DNA of 62,036 nt, filler included, from Squatina squatina (GCA_031763465.1; 4 parts of 4 records of this genome joined end to end with filler, not necessarily neighbours in it); one strand, 5' to 3'; counted from the first letter of the whole stretch, positions 12,908 through 24,790 are shown. Translations and numbers: made by a program. Notes: generated by a model from the letters alone, not told the origin.

Positions 12908-13589
12908 GGGCAGCCAATTGGATCCTTAGCGCTAGCGATAAATGAGGGCTAAACGGGCGCTGGGGGTCTAACGCCCGTTTCGGCCGCTAAGTGGCTCCGT
13001 TGGACAATTGGATTGCTGCCAGCGCAGGAGCCAAATGGGCGCTGCTCCGGAAACTTGGTGTCAGGCGCTAAATGGTGTCCATGACATCATCAGTCAGCGC
13101 AGCGACCAAAATGGCAGCACCATTAATCAATTCACTTGTGTTTTTGAAACTAAAAAATAGTGGGGACACCGCCCAGTTTTTTGTGTGGTGACACACTGCC
13201 TCCATTGATTTTTGGTGTTATTTAAGGGGGTAGGAGAGCACGCCATGTTTTGCACAGAAATTGAATTTTTGCCACTGGAATCGCATTGTATGCATTGTTT
13301 GCAAGTCGGATACTTCATTTGCTACACTGAAAGTTGGCTTTGGGTGAGCAGTTTACTGCTCCCCAGATCGAAAAAAATCAGCCATGGGAGCTGCTCTCGT
13401 GGTGGACTGGGAACTCCACCGACACGACATGAGATACCTCAGGCACAGGCGTCGGCCCCTTTTGGAGCAGAGAGAGATGAGGGCACAACAAAATGAGAGT
13501 AGGGAGGAGGCAGCACCAGCTCCTCATCATGACCACGTCCAACAACCGCTTGACTTGCCAGAGCCAGCTCAACCAGTGGTGGCATGGGC
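12908..13589 (+). mobile_element. PIF/Harbinger-like left end with ORF start at 13384, cut by the scaffold end
   Basis: Starts GGGCAGCCAATT, with CpG-rich AAACGGGCGC motifs shared with 24791 and 43251; ORF MGAALVV... resembles the (M)GGALAV start near 56205. Confidence 0.5.
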
Positions 13590-13689
13590 NNNNNNNNNNN
13601 NNNNNNNNNNNNNNNNNNNNNNNNNNNNNNNNNTTAATTAATTAANNNNNNNNNNNNNNNNNNNNNNNNNNNNNNNNNNNNNNNNNNNN
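13590..13689. other. Artificial scaffold-joining linker
   Basis: 44 N + TTAATTAATTAA (stops in all six frames) + 44 N. Confidence 0.97.
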
Positions 13690-14419
13690 ATGAATACTCA
13701 TCTATGGATTTTTAAAAAAATGTAAAAGGCTTGAAAACACTTCTATCAGTGCTTTTCATTTCAATGATAATGAAATAATACTAAAGGCCTGATTTTATTC
13801 AGTGTGGAATGGCTGGCTTCTCTTAGGATGCAATTTTTCTGCAATTCAATTATACACTTGTTGAGGCCAAAAAAGACACCCAGCGGGCTTAAAAACCATC
13901 TGAATGTCGAGATTGATTTACGGTTGAAACTCTCCAAAATCAAACTAAGATTCCACAAATTCTGCATTAGCAGCTAACAGGCTCATCCCACTGGCTGAGA
14001 GTCAGTCATCAAGTGTTCTTTTATGTTCAAGGATACTCAGTATTATACGACTCATACTCTGCTTTTTATGTTGCTTTCTGTCTTAAACAGTATATTATTC
14101 TAACTGAGAAAATAAAATCCTCTGATCTAGGGAATGATAATTCAATGGTTATGGTACTGGACTTGCAACCCAGAAGGCTTAAATTCAAATCCCACCAAAT
14201 TTAATTCGACAACTTGTTGAATTAAATTTAATAAATCTGACCTACATGTGATTCTAGTCCACCTTACATAGTTGACTCTTAATGATGGCATCAAATTAAA
14301 TCCAGATTGTAAGCAAAACCACTAAATTCAGCAGATTAGTTCAGAAAAGTAAATAGACCTATTGGCAACAGCCCAGGAATCATGTCAGGCCACATCCCAG
14401 GCAATCTCAGTCCAATCAA

Positions 14420-14790
14420 CCCTGCAAGGTCCTCCACACTAACTAATATCAGGAGATTAAGACCTAGGTTGGGAAAGCTGTCCCATGGGTCAGTCATGCC
14501 CAACATGCCTGATATAATCCTACTCACAGAATCATATGTTGGATTTGAACTTACATCCCCGGATCATTAGTCCAGGTGTCTGGAATATTAGTCCAGTAAC
14601 ATAATCACTCTGCTACCATACCTATACCCATTGAATTTGAATTCCCTGAAATCAAGAAAGACTATGGGAATTTCTTGCTGATCAGCACCTACCGTTAACC
14701 TCCCACCTTCCTCGCCTCTCTCTGTAAATTAAACATCACTTGGAGGAAGCACTCTGAAAATCATTCTGGGTGGGGATCTCAATGTTTCCA
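14420..14790 (+). mobile_element. Degenerate LINE apurinic-endonuclease domain relic, interrupted by a short antisense tRNA-like SINE head at about 14536-14615
   Basis: NIRRLRPRLGKL...PDIILLTESY, then a TYR and a GDLNV motif, typical APE motifs in order. Confidence 0.55.
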
Positions 14791-15203
14791 TGTGACATTA
14801 AGAAGTGATTGAGTTTCCCCATTCATAGTCTTGCCAAATCTCAAGTTCCTCTTTCACAATGCTGCTAACTCTTGGACCCCTACCCCAGTTCTGCTAAGCT
14901 TCAAGATTATCCGAGTGCTACCACATCCCAGGATCCCCTTTCACATCCCTCACTCTGTACTGCTAAATATCAGATACCCAATGCAAATGGTGCATCCTGC
15001 ATAACGTCTAGTGGTGTATCCTCAACTTTAAAAAATGGTAGGGAATAAAAATTAACTATATAGATAAAGGAATATATATAAAATAAAAGAATAGTCATGC
15101 ACTNNNNNNNNNNNNNNNNNNNNNNNNNNNNNNNNNNNNNNNNNNNNNNNNNNNNNNNNNNNNNNNNNNNNNNNNNNNNNNNNNNNNNNNNNNNNNNNNN
15201 NNN

Positions 15204-16249
15204 AGTGTCCTCTACTGAAAGTCACCAGCCTTCCACCAGCAATGCTGCAACCACAGGGGTAGCACTGTGTGACATCAGTAGGATAGGCAAAGGCACACGC
15301 AAGACAGTCGCTAGGAGAATGCATACGGGTGATGAGTTGACTTCTTGATGTTACATTGGATGGATAGATGAATAAAGTTGGAGTGGAAAGTTTGCTTTGT
15401 GGTGGCTTTTATTTCAGCATCGTGGCCAAGAGGACGCTGTTATGGTCAATAACAGAGGGAAGGTATGGGAGGGGAATTGGGGTTGTGGTCACTGGTACCA
15501 CAGGCGGATGATTACATCCTGCATGTCCCAGCCAGAAAGGGGCTGACTGGGTTGCGACCTTCCTTCTGTTTCCTCCTCTTCCGCGTCCCCCCTCTTCCGC
15601 GTCCCCCTCTTCCCTCTGCACCACTGCTGGAAATCTGAAATAAAAGCAGAAAATGTTTGAAATACTCAGCTGGTCAGGCAGCATTTCAACCTGAGACGTG
15701 AACTCTGTTTATCTCTCCACGAATGCTGCCTGACATGCTGAGTATTTGCAGTATTTTCTGGCTTCTCAGAGGCCTTCCTTTACCATCTGAGGTCTTCAAG
15801 CATCCAACAGCACTCCCTGCACACTTTAAAAAGCTTTTAACATCTACTGCACCAAGACACCACTTCGATAAAATATTTACAAAATCCAGTTCAAAAGCTT
15901 AAATGCAAACTTGCCTGAAAGACGTGTGTCTCTCTAAAAAGTGCTGACAGTGCCTCTGTCAGTCTGCTGCAAGCTCGCTTTCAGGGCGAGCTCAGGATTC
16001 AGCGTTAAATTCAGCACAAAGGTCCATTTTCGCAGAATGTGGCGTTAAGCCGGCATTGCGTGCCAACTGACGATACACTCTCCAGATTTTCATGTCCAGA
16101 GCTAACGCTGCTAATGGCAGTACTTTGGCCCTCACCAGAATGGCGGCCACCGCGTCCCATGCCAGAGATGGGTGTTAGAGCGGCGGACTCCATTTTTCTC
16201 CAGGAACCTGCCGCCAACGGGTGGTGGTAAGTAGCCCAATTTCTAGGCC
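15204..16249. mobile_element. PIF/Harbinger relic (convergent 3' ends plus right terminus)
   Basis: Opposed polyA signals (AATAAA about 15371, TTTATT about 15407), acidic minus-strand tail, CpG-rich subterminal region and terminus CCAATTTCTAGGCC. Confidence 0.5.
15626..15760. mobile_element. Penelope-like inverted pLTR pair inserted in a Harbinger relic
   Basis: 15647-15685 is the near reverse complement of 15722-15760; both match the 20078-20214 repeat. Confidence 0.68.
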
Positions 16250-16751
16250 ATCTAGTGTGGCCATCACATTTCAAAGTGTCACACTTACACTGGTTAGTTC
16301 AAGTTCATAAAACAGCAATAAATTCCAACTGAACAGCTGCAGGTCTTGGTAATTGACTGATGGCATTTTCAAAATGATTTTGTAGAAGAGAAAGAAAGCA
16401 ATCATCCGTTCAGGGTGTGTCAAGTTACAGCAATAATACTTTGTGAGCTTAAAGGGTCAGGCTAGAAATTAAATACACCTTCAGTTTAGCAGCAGGAAAT
16501 GGTATAGTGCTTCTGTCATTATAAAATCTAGTGTATCCTCCAATTTACTATGAGCAACACCACAAAGATTGATTGCAATTTGATATTTTTAAAGTACAAT
16601 TATATTAATTGCATTATCACTTCACTGCTGTAATGCTGGTATAATGAGCTGTGACAAACACAGATCTTTAGGAAAGTAAAACAGTATAATTATGTTATTA
16701 TCGAAATTAGTAACATAACTTTAATAATGCTCATTTGTATTCCCCATGTAG

Positions 16752-16853
16752 CTAGGGCTTTGGAGTCCAACCACTGGATTGAATGGTTCGCTGGTAGATC
16801 AAAAACTGGAAAACAGTATGGAGGGCGTGACACTGCGAGTTGTGACAGTGCTG
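16752..16853 (+). CDS. GRID2: Glutamate receptor delta (GluD2-like) internal exon, ATD-LBD linker and start of S1
   Basis: tgtag| ... |gtaaac, 102 nt, phase 0-0. Translates [34 protein letters not shown], matching the recalled GluD2 segment [34 protein letters not shown]. Orthology to GRID2 is uncertain (see findings). Confidence 0.9.
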
Positions 16854-17499
16854 GTAAACCAGAATTTTTTGCCTGCATATATAGTGGAATGTATATTTTG
16901 CAACTTACAATGAAGTTTCAATACTTGTGACATTAGAAATAACCAAGATTAATAGAACAATAATGTAAATCCCATCAATATTATTATACCTCAAGTTCCT
17001 CAACAATGGTTGCCAGATTTGAACCAAAATATCTGTGACTTTCTCACATCAGATAATTTCTTTAAAATTAACATGCTAGGAACTGCATATATTCTTTAAG
17101 ACTAATGCATTGCTGGAGTGACTTATTGTTCTTTATCCTATTCAGCAGTCTCTCTCCTACTGCCTGTAATGCCTCTCCTGATATACTCACTAAGCAGTAG
17201 TATAAACAGTAATCATGAAAACGTTTTCAAGGTGAACCATTTCATTTTCCAGAATTAAGCAGATTCAGTGCATCAAGCCTACTCCTCCAACAAATCTTGT
17301 AAAATGTACCCTATCTGCTCCTACTACTTGATGTCCCAAGTGGANNNNNNNNNNNNNNNNNNNNNNNNNNNNNNNNNNNNNNNNNNNNNNNNNNNNNNNN
17401 NNNNNNNNNNNNNNNNNNNNNNNNNATCCAACTCCTCTGCACTACAATGGGCCACTGCCCTTCACAGACAACGAACCCCAAACGCAGCAGCAATAAGAG

Positions 17500-18110
17500 C
17501 CATCATGTTCCACGGAATATTTGACCATTTCAGTCCATACTGATTCCTGTAAACTTTATTCCTGTTCCCAACCAGATATTTATCAAGTTCTTTTTGATTT
17601 TTTTTGAAGGACTTAATCAACCCAGCATCAGGTGATTTTACCCTAAGTCCTGGAATCATCTTTGTTGCTCTTCTCTGAATCCTCTCACTGCATCTCTCTT
17701 TTTGAAGGTAGGGTGCCCAAAATTGCACACGGTATTTGACTATGGCCTCACCAGTGATCTGTACAATGTCAGTATAACTTGTCCTGAATTGCAGTTCAAT
17801 GGCCTGCAGATGCACCCCAGAACCCAATTTACTTTATGAAGTGTTCAGAACTCTCATACACTCATTTAATGCTTTTAGAATATGATCCGTGATCACTCCC
17901 AAATCAGTTTTCTTTTCAGCCACTCTCAAACGACCCTTTCACGTTATCTTATAAATAAGACCTTTTCATTCCAAACACAGGTTGACTGTGACCTGCTCCT
18001 ATATGTATTATTCAATATTCATACATATAAAAATCCATCTGCCATTTAACAGCCCATCTGTGTAATTTGCCCATGTCTCTCTGAAGACAGTCAATCATTT
18101 TTCCAACCCA
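17500..18110 (-). mobile_element. Degenerate CR1 LINE fragment
   Basis: Minus-strand peptides YRVQFWAPYLQK...ERIQRRATKMIPGL and LQRDMGKLHRWAVKWQMDF. Confidence 0.78.
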
Positions 18111-18681
18111 GACTTGCCCACGGAGCATGGTTGTAAGCAAATTTATTGCCTCCAAAATTGTAGTCGGCGTCGTAGCTATGAAGCACACCGCTGACTTATG
18201 AAAATAATTCCCGCTTGCCTTGAGGCCCACATGTACAATTGCTGTTTTGTGCTGCAGGGTTGTGTACTGCATATTGCATCACTGAGCCCAGGAGCGCAGT
18301 GTACAGCCTATGCATATGAAAGGACACGCCCACAAAACCTGTCAAAACTAAACAAGGAACTTCGTTCCATCTGTAGCATTGAAATTACCTTTACTTTTAA
18401 TTAAACAGCAAATCGTTCCTTCAGCTTAAATTTAGATATAAATATTTTAAAAGGATCATGCGCAAATTTATTTTGACAATTGTGCTGTCAGTGTTCTACA
18501 GCATTAGCGGTGCTGCAAACACTGACAAACATTGCACAAAGGTCAGGGTTGCACCGAGGTTCTCCCATGACTCCCTCCATANNNNNNNNNNNNNNNNNNN
18601 NNNNNNNNNNNNNNNNNNNNNNNNNNNNNNNNNNNNNNNNNNNNNNNNNNNNNNNNNNNNNNNNNNNNNNNNNNNNNNNNN

Positions 18682-19105
18682 GGCGGGTCACATTGTCCGC
18701 ATGCCTGACTCAAGACTCCTGAAACAAGCACTATATTCTGAGTTTCGTCACAGCAAGTGACTTCCAGGAGGGCAGAGGAAACACTTCAAGGACGTCCTCA
18801 AAGCCTCCCTGAAAAAATGTAACATCCCCACTGTCTCATGGGAATCTCTGTCCCAAGACCACCTGAACTGGAGGACAAGGCGCCAACCACTTTGAGCTTC
18901 TCTGGCGGGAGCAGGTGGAGGCCAAGCGCAGGCAGCAGAAGGAGCGCGCGGAAATCCAGGCATCCCACCCACTCACCTCATCAAATAACACCTGTGGTAG
19001 AGTTTGCAGATCCCGTATAGGGCTATTTAGTCACCTCAGAATCCACNNNNNNNNNNAAGCAAGTCATCCTCGACTTCGAGGGACTGCCTAAGAAGGAAGA
19101 AGAAG
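18682..19105 (+). mobile_element. RTE (BovB-like) LINE 3' end
   Basis: AGHIVRMPDSRLLKQALYSE...GGQRKHFKDVLKASLKKCNI...W motif, degenerate C-terminal zinc knuckle, short 3' UTR and (AAG)n tail. Confidence 0.85.
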
Positions 19106-19110
19106 GGCCT

Positions 19111-19414
19111 CGGTGTAATACAGTGACCGACCTGTACACACCAGTATTATACCTCAGTGCTCTCCAGTGACAGACCTGTAACCGTCAGTACTGTGTCTGT
19201 GTTATACAGAGACAGACCTGTACCCACCAGTACTGTAACCCAGTGTAATACACTGACAGACCTGTACACACCAATACTGTACCCTAGTGTTTTACTGTGA
19301 CAGACTTGTACCCACCAGTACTATACCTCAGTGTTACAGTGACAGGCCTGTTCCCACCAGTACTGTACCTCAGTGTAATACACTGACAGACCTGTACCCA
19401 CCAGCACTGTACCC
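19111..19414. repeat. Minisatellite, about 44-bp unit, 7 copies
   Basis: Consensus CAGTGTAATACACTGACAGACCTGTACCCACCAGTACTGTACCT, units 42-44 nt. Confidence 0.9.
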
Positions 19415-19584
19415 CCGTATTACATATATAGCAACATTAAAAGTGGTTGCTCTTTACCAATTTCGAAACGAATACAACTGCAATTATCTGGAGATATGGA
19501 TTTAATTCCCATTATCCATTAAGCTACAAACACAAGCAACTGCTGCATATGAGAAGGAAATTAAGAAATGTTACCTGCACACAG

Positions 19585-20070
19585 GAAACATAGGAACAGG
19601 AAGAGGCCATTCAGCTCATTGAGCCTGTTTTGCCATTTAGTTAGATAATGGCTGAACTGCACCTCAACTCCATTCACCTACATTTGTTCCTTATCCCTTG
19701 ATACCCTTGCCTGACAAAAATACCTTGATCTCAGTCTTGAAAATTGCAATTGAACCTGCATCAACAACCTCTTGGGAAAGCAAGTTACAGATTTCCACTA
19801 CCTTTTGTTTGAAAAAGTGCTTCCTGATTTCACACCCAACTAACCAAGCTCTAATTTAAAGACTATGTCCTCTTGTTCTGGAATCCCCCACCAGAAGAAA
19901 TAGTTTCTCTGTAAACCCTATTGAATGCCTTAATCATTTTAAACGTTTCAATGAGGTCCACTCTTAAGGTGACTCAAGAGACTACAAACAGTTAATACAA
20001 CCTGTCCTTGCAATTTAACCATTTAAGCCCTGGGATCATTCTGGAGAATCTGCATTGTATGCCTTCTAAT
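19585..20070 (-). mobile_element. CR1 LINE 3' fragment
   Basis: aaacataggaacaggaagaggccattcagc...ctaatttaaagactatgtcctcttgttctgg, antisense CR1 3' end. Confidence 0.72.
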
Positions 20071-20077
20071 GTGATTC

Positions 20078-20214
20078 CTGTTCTGACGAAGGGTCATTGA
20101 CCTGAAATGTTAACTCTGTTTCACTCTCCACAGATGCTGCCTCACCTGCTAAGTTTTTCCAGCATTTTCTGCTTTTATTTCAGATTTCCAGCGTCCGCAG
20201 TATTTTGCTTTTGT
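20078..20214 (+). mobile_element. Penelope-like element pseudo-LTR remnant
   Basis: ctgacgaagggtcattgacctgaaatgttaactctgtttc...cagatgctgcc...ccagcattttctgcttttatttcagatttccagc; related copies at 15626-15760, 27090 and 29000. Confidence 0.7.
20080..20114 (+). ncRNA. Degenerate minimal type I hammerhead ribozyme motif (Penelope type)
   Basis: CUGACGA at 20083-20089, stem II AGGGUC/AUU/GACCU, GAAA at 20104-20107, then UGUU; short stem I GUU/AAC. The palindromic stem III is apparently decayed from ACGU to AUGU. Confidence 0.55.
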
Positions 20215-21171
20215 GTCCTTCCCGATGTTTGGTGGCCAGAACTGAAGGTGGTATTTCAGATGGGATCTGACCAAGGCTCCCTTAGTATCACTTTTTCATT
20301 TTTGAATCACATCTTGACATAAAGGCCAATATTTCATTAGTTTTTGTGGTTACTAGCTGATTTTCTTTTCTAATCCTGGGATGTTGAAACCATTTGCAGC
20401 ATCCCAACTAACTCTGCACAGTCCAAAGATTGAACCTGTGGCCCCTTTCTGATCTGCTCAGCTACGTACTGAATGAACTTCCTTGGCCATCAGGGAGGGT
20501 GTCTGTGATGTTCATGCACAGACCTGTCGTACAGATAGTCAGAGAGACTGCTCTGGCTGTTCAGGGTGCCTGAGGGAAGACACCTTTTACTTCAGCTGAT
20601 GAAAAGGAATGATTTTATCCACTAATGAAACTGCCGGGTTACCTATGCGCCAGACAAGCCCACAACTATATGCTGAGTAGCGGACATATCTCTCCAATGA
20701 TAGCCAGTCGCTATAATTCCCACTCCAAGTATTCAAAAACCAGAACTCACAACTGCTGCAGGCTAGATTGTGTTGAATCATCTGGTCATTCTCCCATATT
20801 CCTATAAAGTAAGGTGGCTCTATAAAGCATAAATACATTTTGTAAACCATTGAGAGGTTTGAAGTGTTTGATATTTGTATTGTCCCCATTCTAAGTGTAT
20901 GTATTTACTGCATCAAAATGCAGTTTGAAGTCTTGAGCTCAATATCATTAACCAATATTAATATTACACATTAATACCTCATGCATTATGACAGATCTAT
21001 AATATTGCTGTGTTATCAAAGGTAGAGAGAAGATAAATAACCTAGCTGTCTAATTTTGATGCTTGGAAAATTGGTACATCATTACAATTAGATGATTCTC
21101 AGTTTTCATTCCTGGCAATATGAAAAACCCATTCATAATTTGTGTATGTTTGTTTTAAATTTACTCTATAG

Positions 21172-21472
21172 AGAGCTGATATAGCGGTTTCAGCCTTGAC
21201 AATTACCCCAGAGAGAGAGAATGTTGTGGACTTCACTGGTCGCTTCATGGACTACACCTTAGGATTTCTACTTAAGAAGCCAGAACACAAAGTGGATATG
21301 TTTACCTGCCTAGAACCATTTGATCTAACAGTGTGGGCCTGTATTATTGGTACTCTGTTTATAATAGGCCTGCTTGTCTGCATGCTTAGCTGGGTAAAAC
21401 CATCACCACTACAGATAGGATCTGTGACATCAACAACTTTGTACAATGCTGCGTGGCTTGTTTATGGATCAT
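21172..21472 (+). CDS. GRID2: Glutamate receptor delta (GluD2-like) exon, S1-M1-M2, 3' end lost in N gap
   Basis: Acceptor ctatag|. Translates [60 protein letters not shown]...[14 protein letters not shown], with the iGluR LTIT.ER..VDF and PF...W motifs and the GluD2-type STTLYN. Confidence 0.93.
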
Positions 21473-22149
21473 NNNNNNNNNNNNNNNNNNNNNNNNNNNN
21501 NNNNNNNNNNNNNNNNNNNNNNNNNNNNNNNNNNNNNNNNNNNNNNNNNNNNNNNNNNNNNNNNNNNNNNNNNNNNNNNNNNNNNNNNNNNNNNNNNNNN
21601 NNNNNNNNNNNNNNNNNNNNNNNNNNNNNNNNNNNNNNNNNNNNNNNNNNNNNNNNNNNNNNNNNNNNNNNNNNNNNNNNNNNNNNNNNNNNNNNNNNNN
21701 NNNNNNNNNNNNNNNNNNNNNNNNNNNNNNNNNNNNNNNNNNNNNNNNNNNNNNNNNNNNNNNNNNNNNNNNNNNNNNNNNNNNNNNNNNNNNNNNNNNN
21801 NNNNNNNNNNNNNNNNNNNNNNNNNNNNNNNNNNNNNNNNNNNNNNNNNNNNNNNNNNNNNNNNNNNNNNNNNNNNNNNNNNNNNNNNNNNNNNNNNNNN
21901 NNNNNNNNNNNNNNNNNNNNNNNNNNNNNNNNNNNNNNNNNNNNNNNNNNNNNNNNNNNNNNNNNNNNNNNNNNNNNNNNNNNNNNNNNNNNNNNNNNNN
22001 NNNNNNNNNNNNNNNNNNNNNNNNNNNNNNNNNNNNNNNNNATGGACTCATGGGAGAACCTGGGTGTAGCCCTGCACCTCTGTGCAGTGATTGTCAGTGT
22101 TTGCAGAACTTCAATACTGTCGAACACTCACAGCACTAATGTCAAAAAT

Positions 22150-22640
22150 AAGGTGACCATGGTCCCTTTAAGGAAACCGACTCATGAATCACGTTACCAT
22201 CTGCATTTAATTGGGCCGGGAAATGTGCTGGGTGGGCTTAACAAGTCACATTGAGGTACGTTCATTTTAGGCTGTGGGACCTAGGGCGACTGAACCCGCC
22301 GAGGTGAGCTAAATCTCGGCCTTTGCTATTCCTACTCTCTGATCTGTCTACAAATTTCCTCTTCCCTTTCCCTCCCACAATTAGGGGATCTGTAACAAAG
22401 ATCTCTGATCATATTGGCCAGAATTTTCCTTACCTTGGGCGGATCCAGTGCAGACGGTGTCCATGGTGGGTCCCGACCCCGCTGCTGGATCCATCCCACT
22501 GTACAGATGAACGTACCTTAATGGGGCCTATTAAGTGTGCTCAGCACGTTACCTGGCCCAATTAGATGGAGTGGTTCTGGTGATGTCATACATGATGCGT
22601 TTTAAGCCAGGATCCTTAAAGGGACCCTGGCCACATTAAA
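22150..22640. mobile_element. Two ends of one MITE-like family in inverted orientation
   Basis: 22150-22321 is the diverged reverse complement of 22416-22635 (atgaacgtacct, ggcccaatta, tccttaaagggacc). Confidence 0.6.
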
Positions 22641-23340
22641 TTTTAAGTTCAATCTAACATAGTGGGTGTTGAATCTTTACTGTACAATCATATAATAAAA
22701 GTTATATATGAGTGACAGGGAAATATTTAAATAAAATTATCATTAAGTAATATGACTCCATCTACAAATACATTCAAGACCATAACTTAAAAAGCACATT
22801 AATTGTGAAGTCATTGGTGCTTTAGCCACAAATCTCTGGACTTTTGTATCAGTAACTGGTTCAAATAAAAGATGTGTGTGTACAGATAATATATACAATT
22901 AAGCAGATTTTAAATGTAGTTGTAAAGGGGTGGATTTACAATCTTACGCAAGTTCAGCGAAACAGCTGCGGAATCCCTGACAAACAGAGTAAGTGGTGCT
23001 TACAGTGTGTTTCTGGGATTTCTATAGCTCTTNNNNNNNNNNNNNNNNNNNNNNNNNNNNNNNNNNNNNNNNNNNNNNNNNNNNNNNNNNNNNNNNNNNN
23101 NNNNNNNNNNNNNNNNNNNNNNNNNNNNNNNNNNNNNNNNNNNNNNNNNNNNNNNNNNNNNNNNNNNNNNNNNNNNNNNNNNNNNNNNNNNNNNNNNNNN
23201 NNNNNNNNNNNNNNNNNNNNNNNNNNNNNNNNNNNNNNNNNNNNNNNNNNNNNNNNNNNNNNNNNNNNNNNNNNNNNNNNNNNNNNNNNNNNNNNNNNNN
23301 NNNNNNNNNNNNNNNNNNNNNNNNNNNNNNNNNNNNNNNN

Positions 23341-23598
23341 GCAGCCAATGGCACCCTGCACCATGGGGAAACCTGCCATCCTCCCAAAGCTGCATGCTCG
23401 GTGTGCCTGCTGCTCTCTGGCCAGAGAGAAGGAAATGTATTCAGCTTCCTTGGATTACAGAGCCTCAGTTACCTCCCTGATAGAACAGTGAGCGTCAAAC
23501 TTGGAGATGTTGCAAATATCTCCTGCTCCAGCCTGGAAGGAACACAATGCATAAAAGTTTTTGGCCACCATGACCTTCACCGCCTCGGCAGATATGGC
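23341..23598 (-). pseudogene. PIF/Harbinger transposase (HARBI1-like) relic inside a GluD intron
   Basis: Minus strand AVKVMVAKNFYALCSFQAGAGDICNISKFDAHCSIREVTEAL*...FGRMAGFPMVQGAIGC; in-frame stop, and the first catalytic Asp (IDC) reads IGC. Confidence 0.85.
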
Positions 23599-24337
23599 NN
23601 NNNNNNNNTCAGTAGCTCGTCCTGCACTGTGTCGCCTCTGCTCATTCTCCTTGATGTGTCAGATTGTCTCCAACTCAGCCTCAACTTGTAATTAGTGAAA
23701 TTCTGTGGCTGTCAACACAGTGCACATATCCCACAATGTAAATAATTTAATGTTTGAGATTTATTTCAAGCAATCGACATACTGGAAACATTATTACAGC
23801 AGTTTCTTCTTGAGTACGAAAGTTGCATAACTGCTAAGCATGACAAATGTGAGTGTTATGATAGTCATTCACCCAAGAGAAAGAATGTCTGTCAGTTATC
23901 AGATTTCTTGTTCATTATTTATTCTAATGTCTTCTGGTAAAACCTTGAATGAGCCTTCATTTATTCTGGAGCCCCACAGGCTGGATTTTATTCATACTGT
24001 TTGTGCTAGTCATAATGTCAGTGCTAAAGGCATGTTAGTTTGTTTTATAGCATTAAAAAGCATTTTTACTTGGTGACCAATATGTTTTATTGCTACAATG
24101 TGAATGCATAAACTATCATTTGAATGTATTTCCAGTAATGGCACATAGTGTTAAAGTGACTATCCCCCTTCTTTNNNNNNNNNNNNNNNNNNNNNNNNNN
24201 NNNNNNNNNNNNNNNNNNNNNNNNNNNNNNNNNNNNNNNNNNNNNNNNNNNNNNNNNNNNNNNNNNNNNNNNNNAATACATTATTTGAAAAATGTAGACA
24301 GTTGGTGAGATAACTAATTATGTTTTCCATGATGCAG

Positions 24338-24533
24338 ATCTTTTCAGGACCTCGCCAAGCAAACTGATGTTCCATATGGTACTGTCCTTGATTCTGAAGT
24401 ATTGCAAATAATCAAAACCAAGGGTCGGAATCCATTTGAGCTTGAACAAACATATGCTCATTTGTGGAATATGATAAACAGAACAAATGGTTTGGAGAAC
24501 TGTGTGAAGAAAATTCATGATGGAATTCAAAGA
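24338..24533 (+). CDS. GRID2: Glutamate receptor delta (GluD2-like) exon, first part of S2
   Basis: atgcag| ... |gtgagt, 196 nt. Translates SFQDLAKQTDVPYGTVLDSEVLQIIKTKGRNPFELEQTYAHLWNMINRTNGLENCVKKIHDGIQR; the DL.KQ...YGTV.DS and KG.NP motifs are delta-family characters. Confidence 0.92.
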
Positions 24534-24790
24534 GTGAGTGAGCAACTGCATGCAAGACTTCATTTGCTACGGGCATTTAATTGACACTTGACCTTGGATA
24601 GTCTTTACCAGTATTATTGTTTATAAACATATTATTGCATATATTTAATCTATATTAGATGTGTCTTGTAAAAAAGGAGCACATATGCACTTACTGGGTA
24701 GAAGTATGGACATAATAATCAGAAAAGTGGTCAAAATTGTTCATTTTCTTTATTTTGAATCAAAATGCAAATCATTTTTCAATAAACTAT

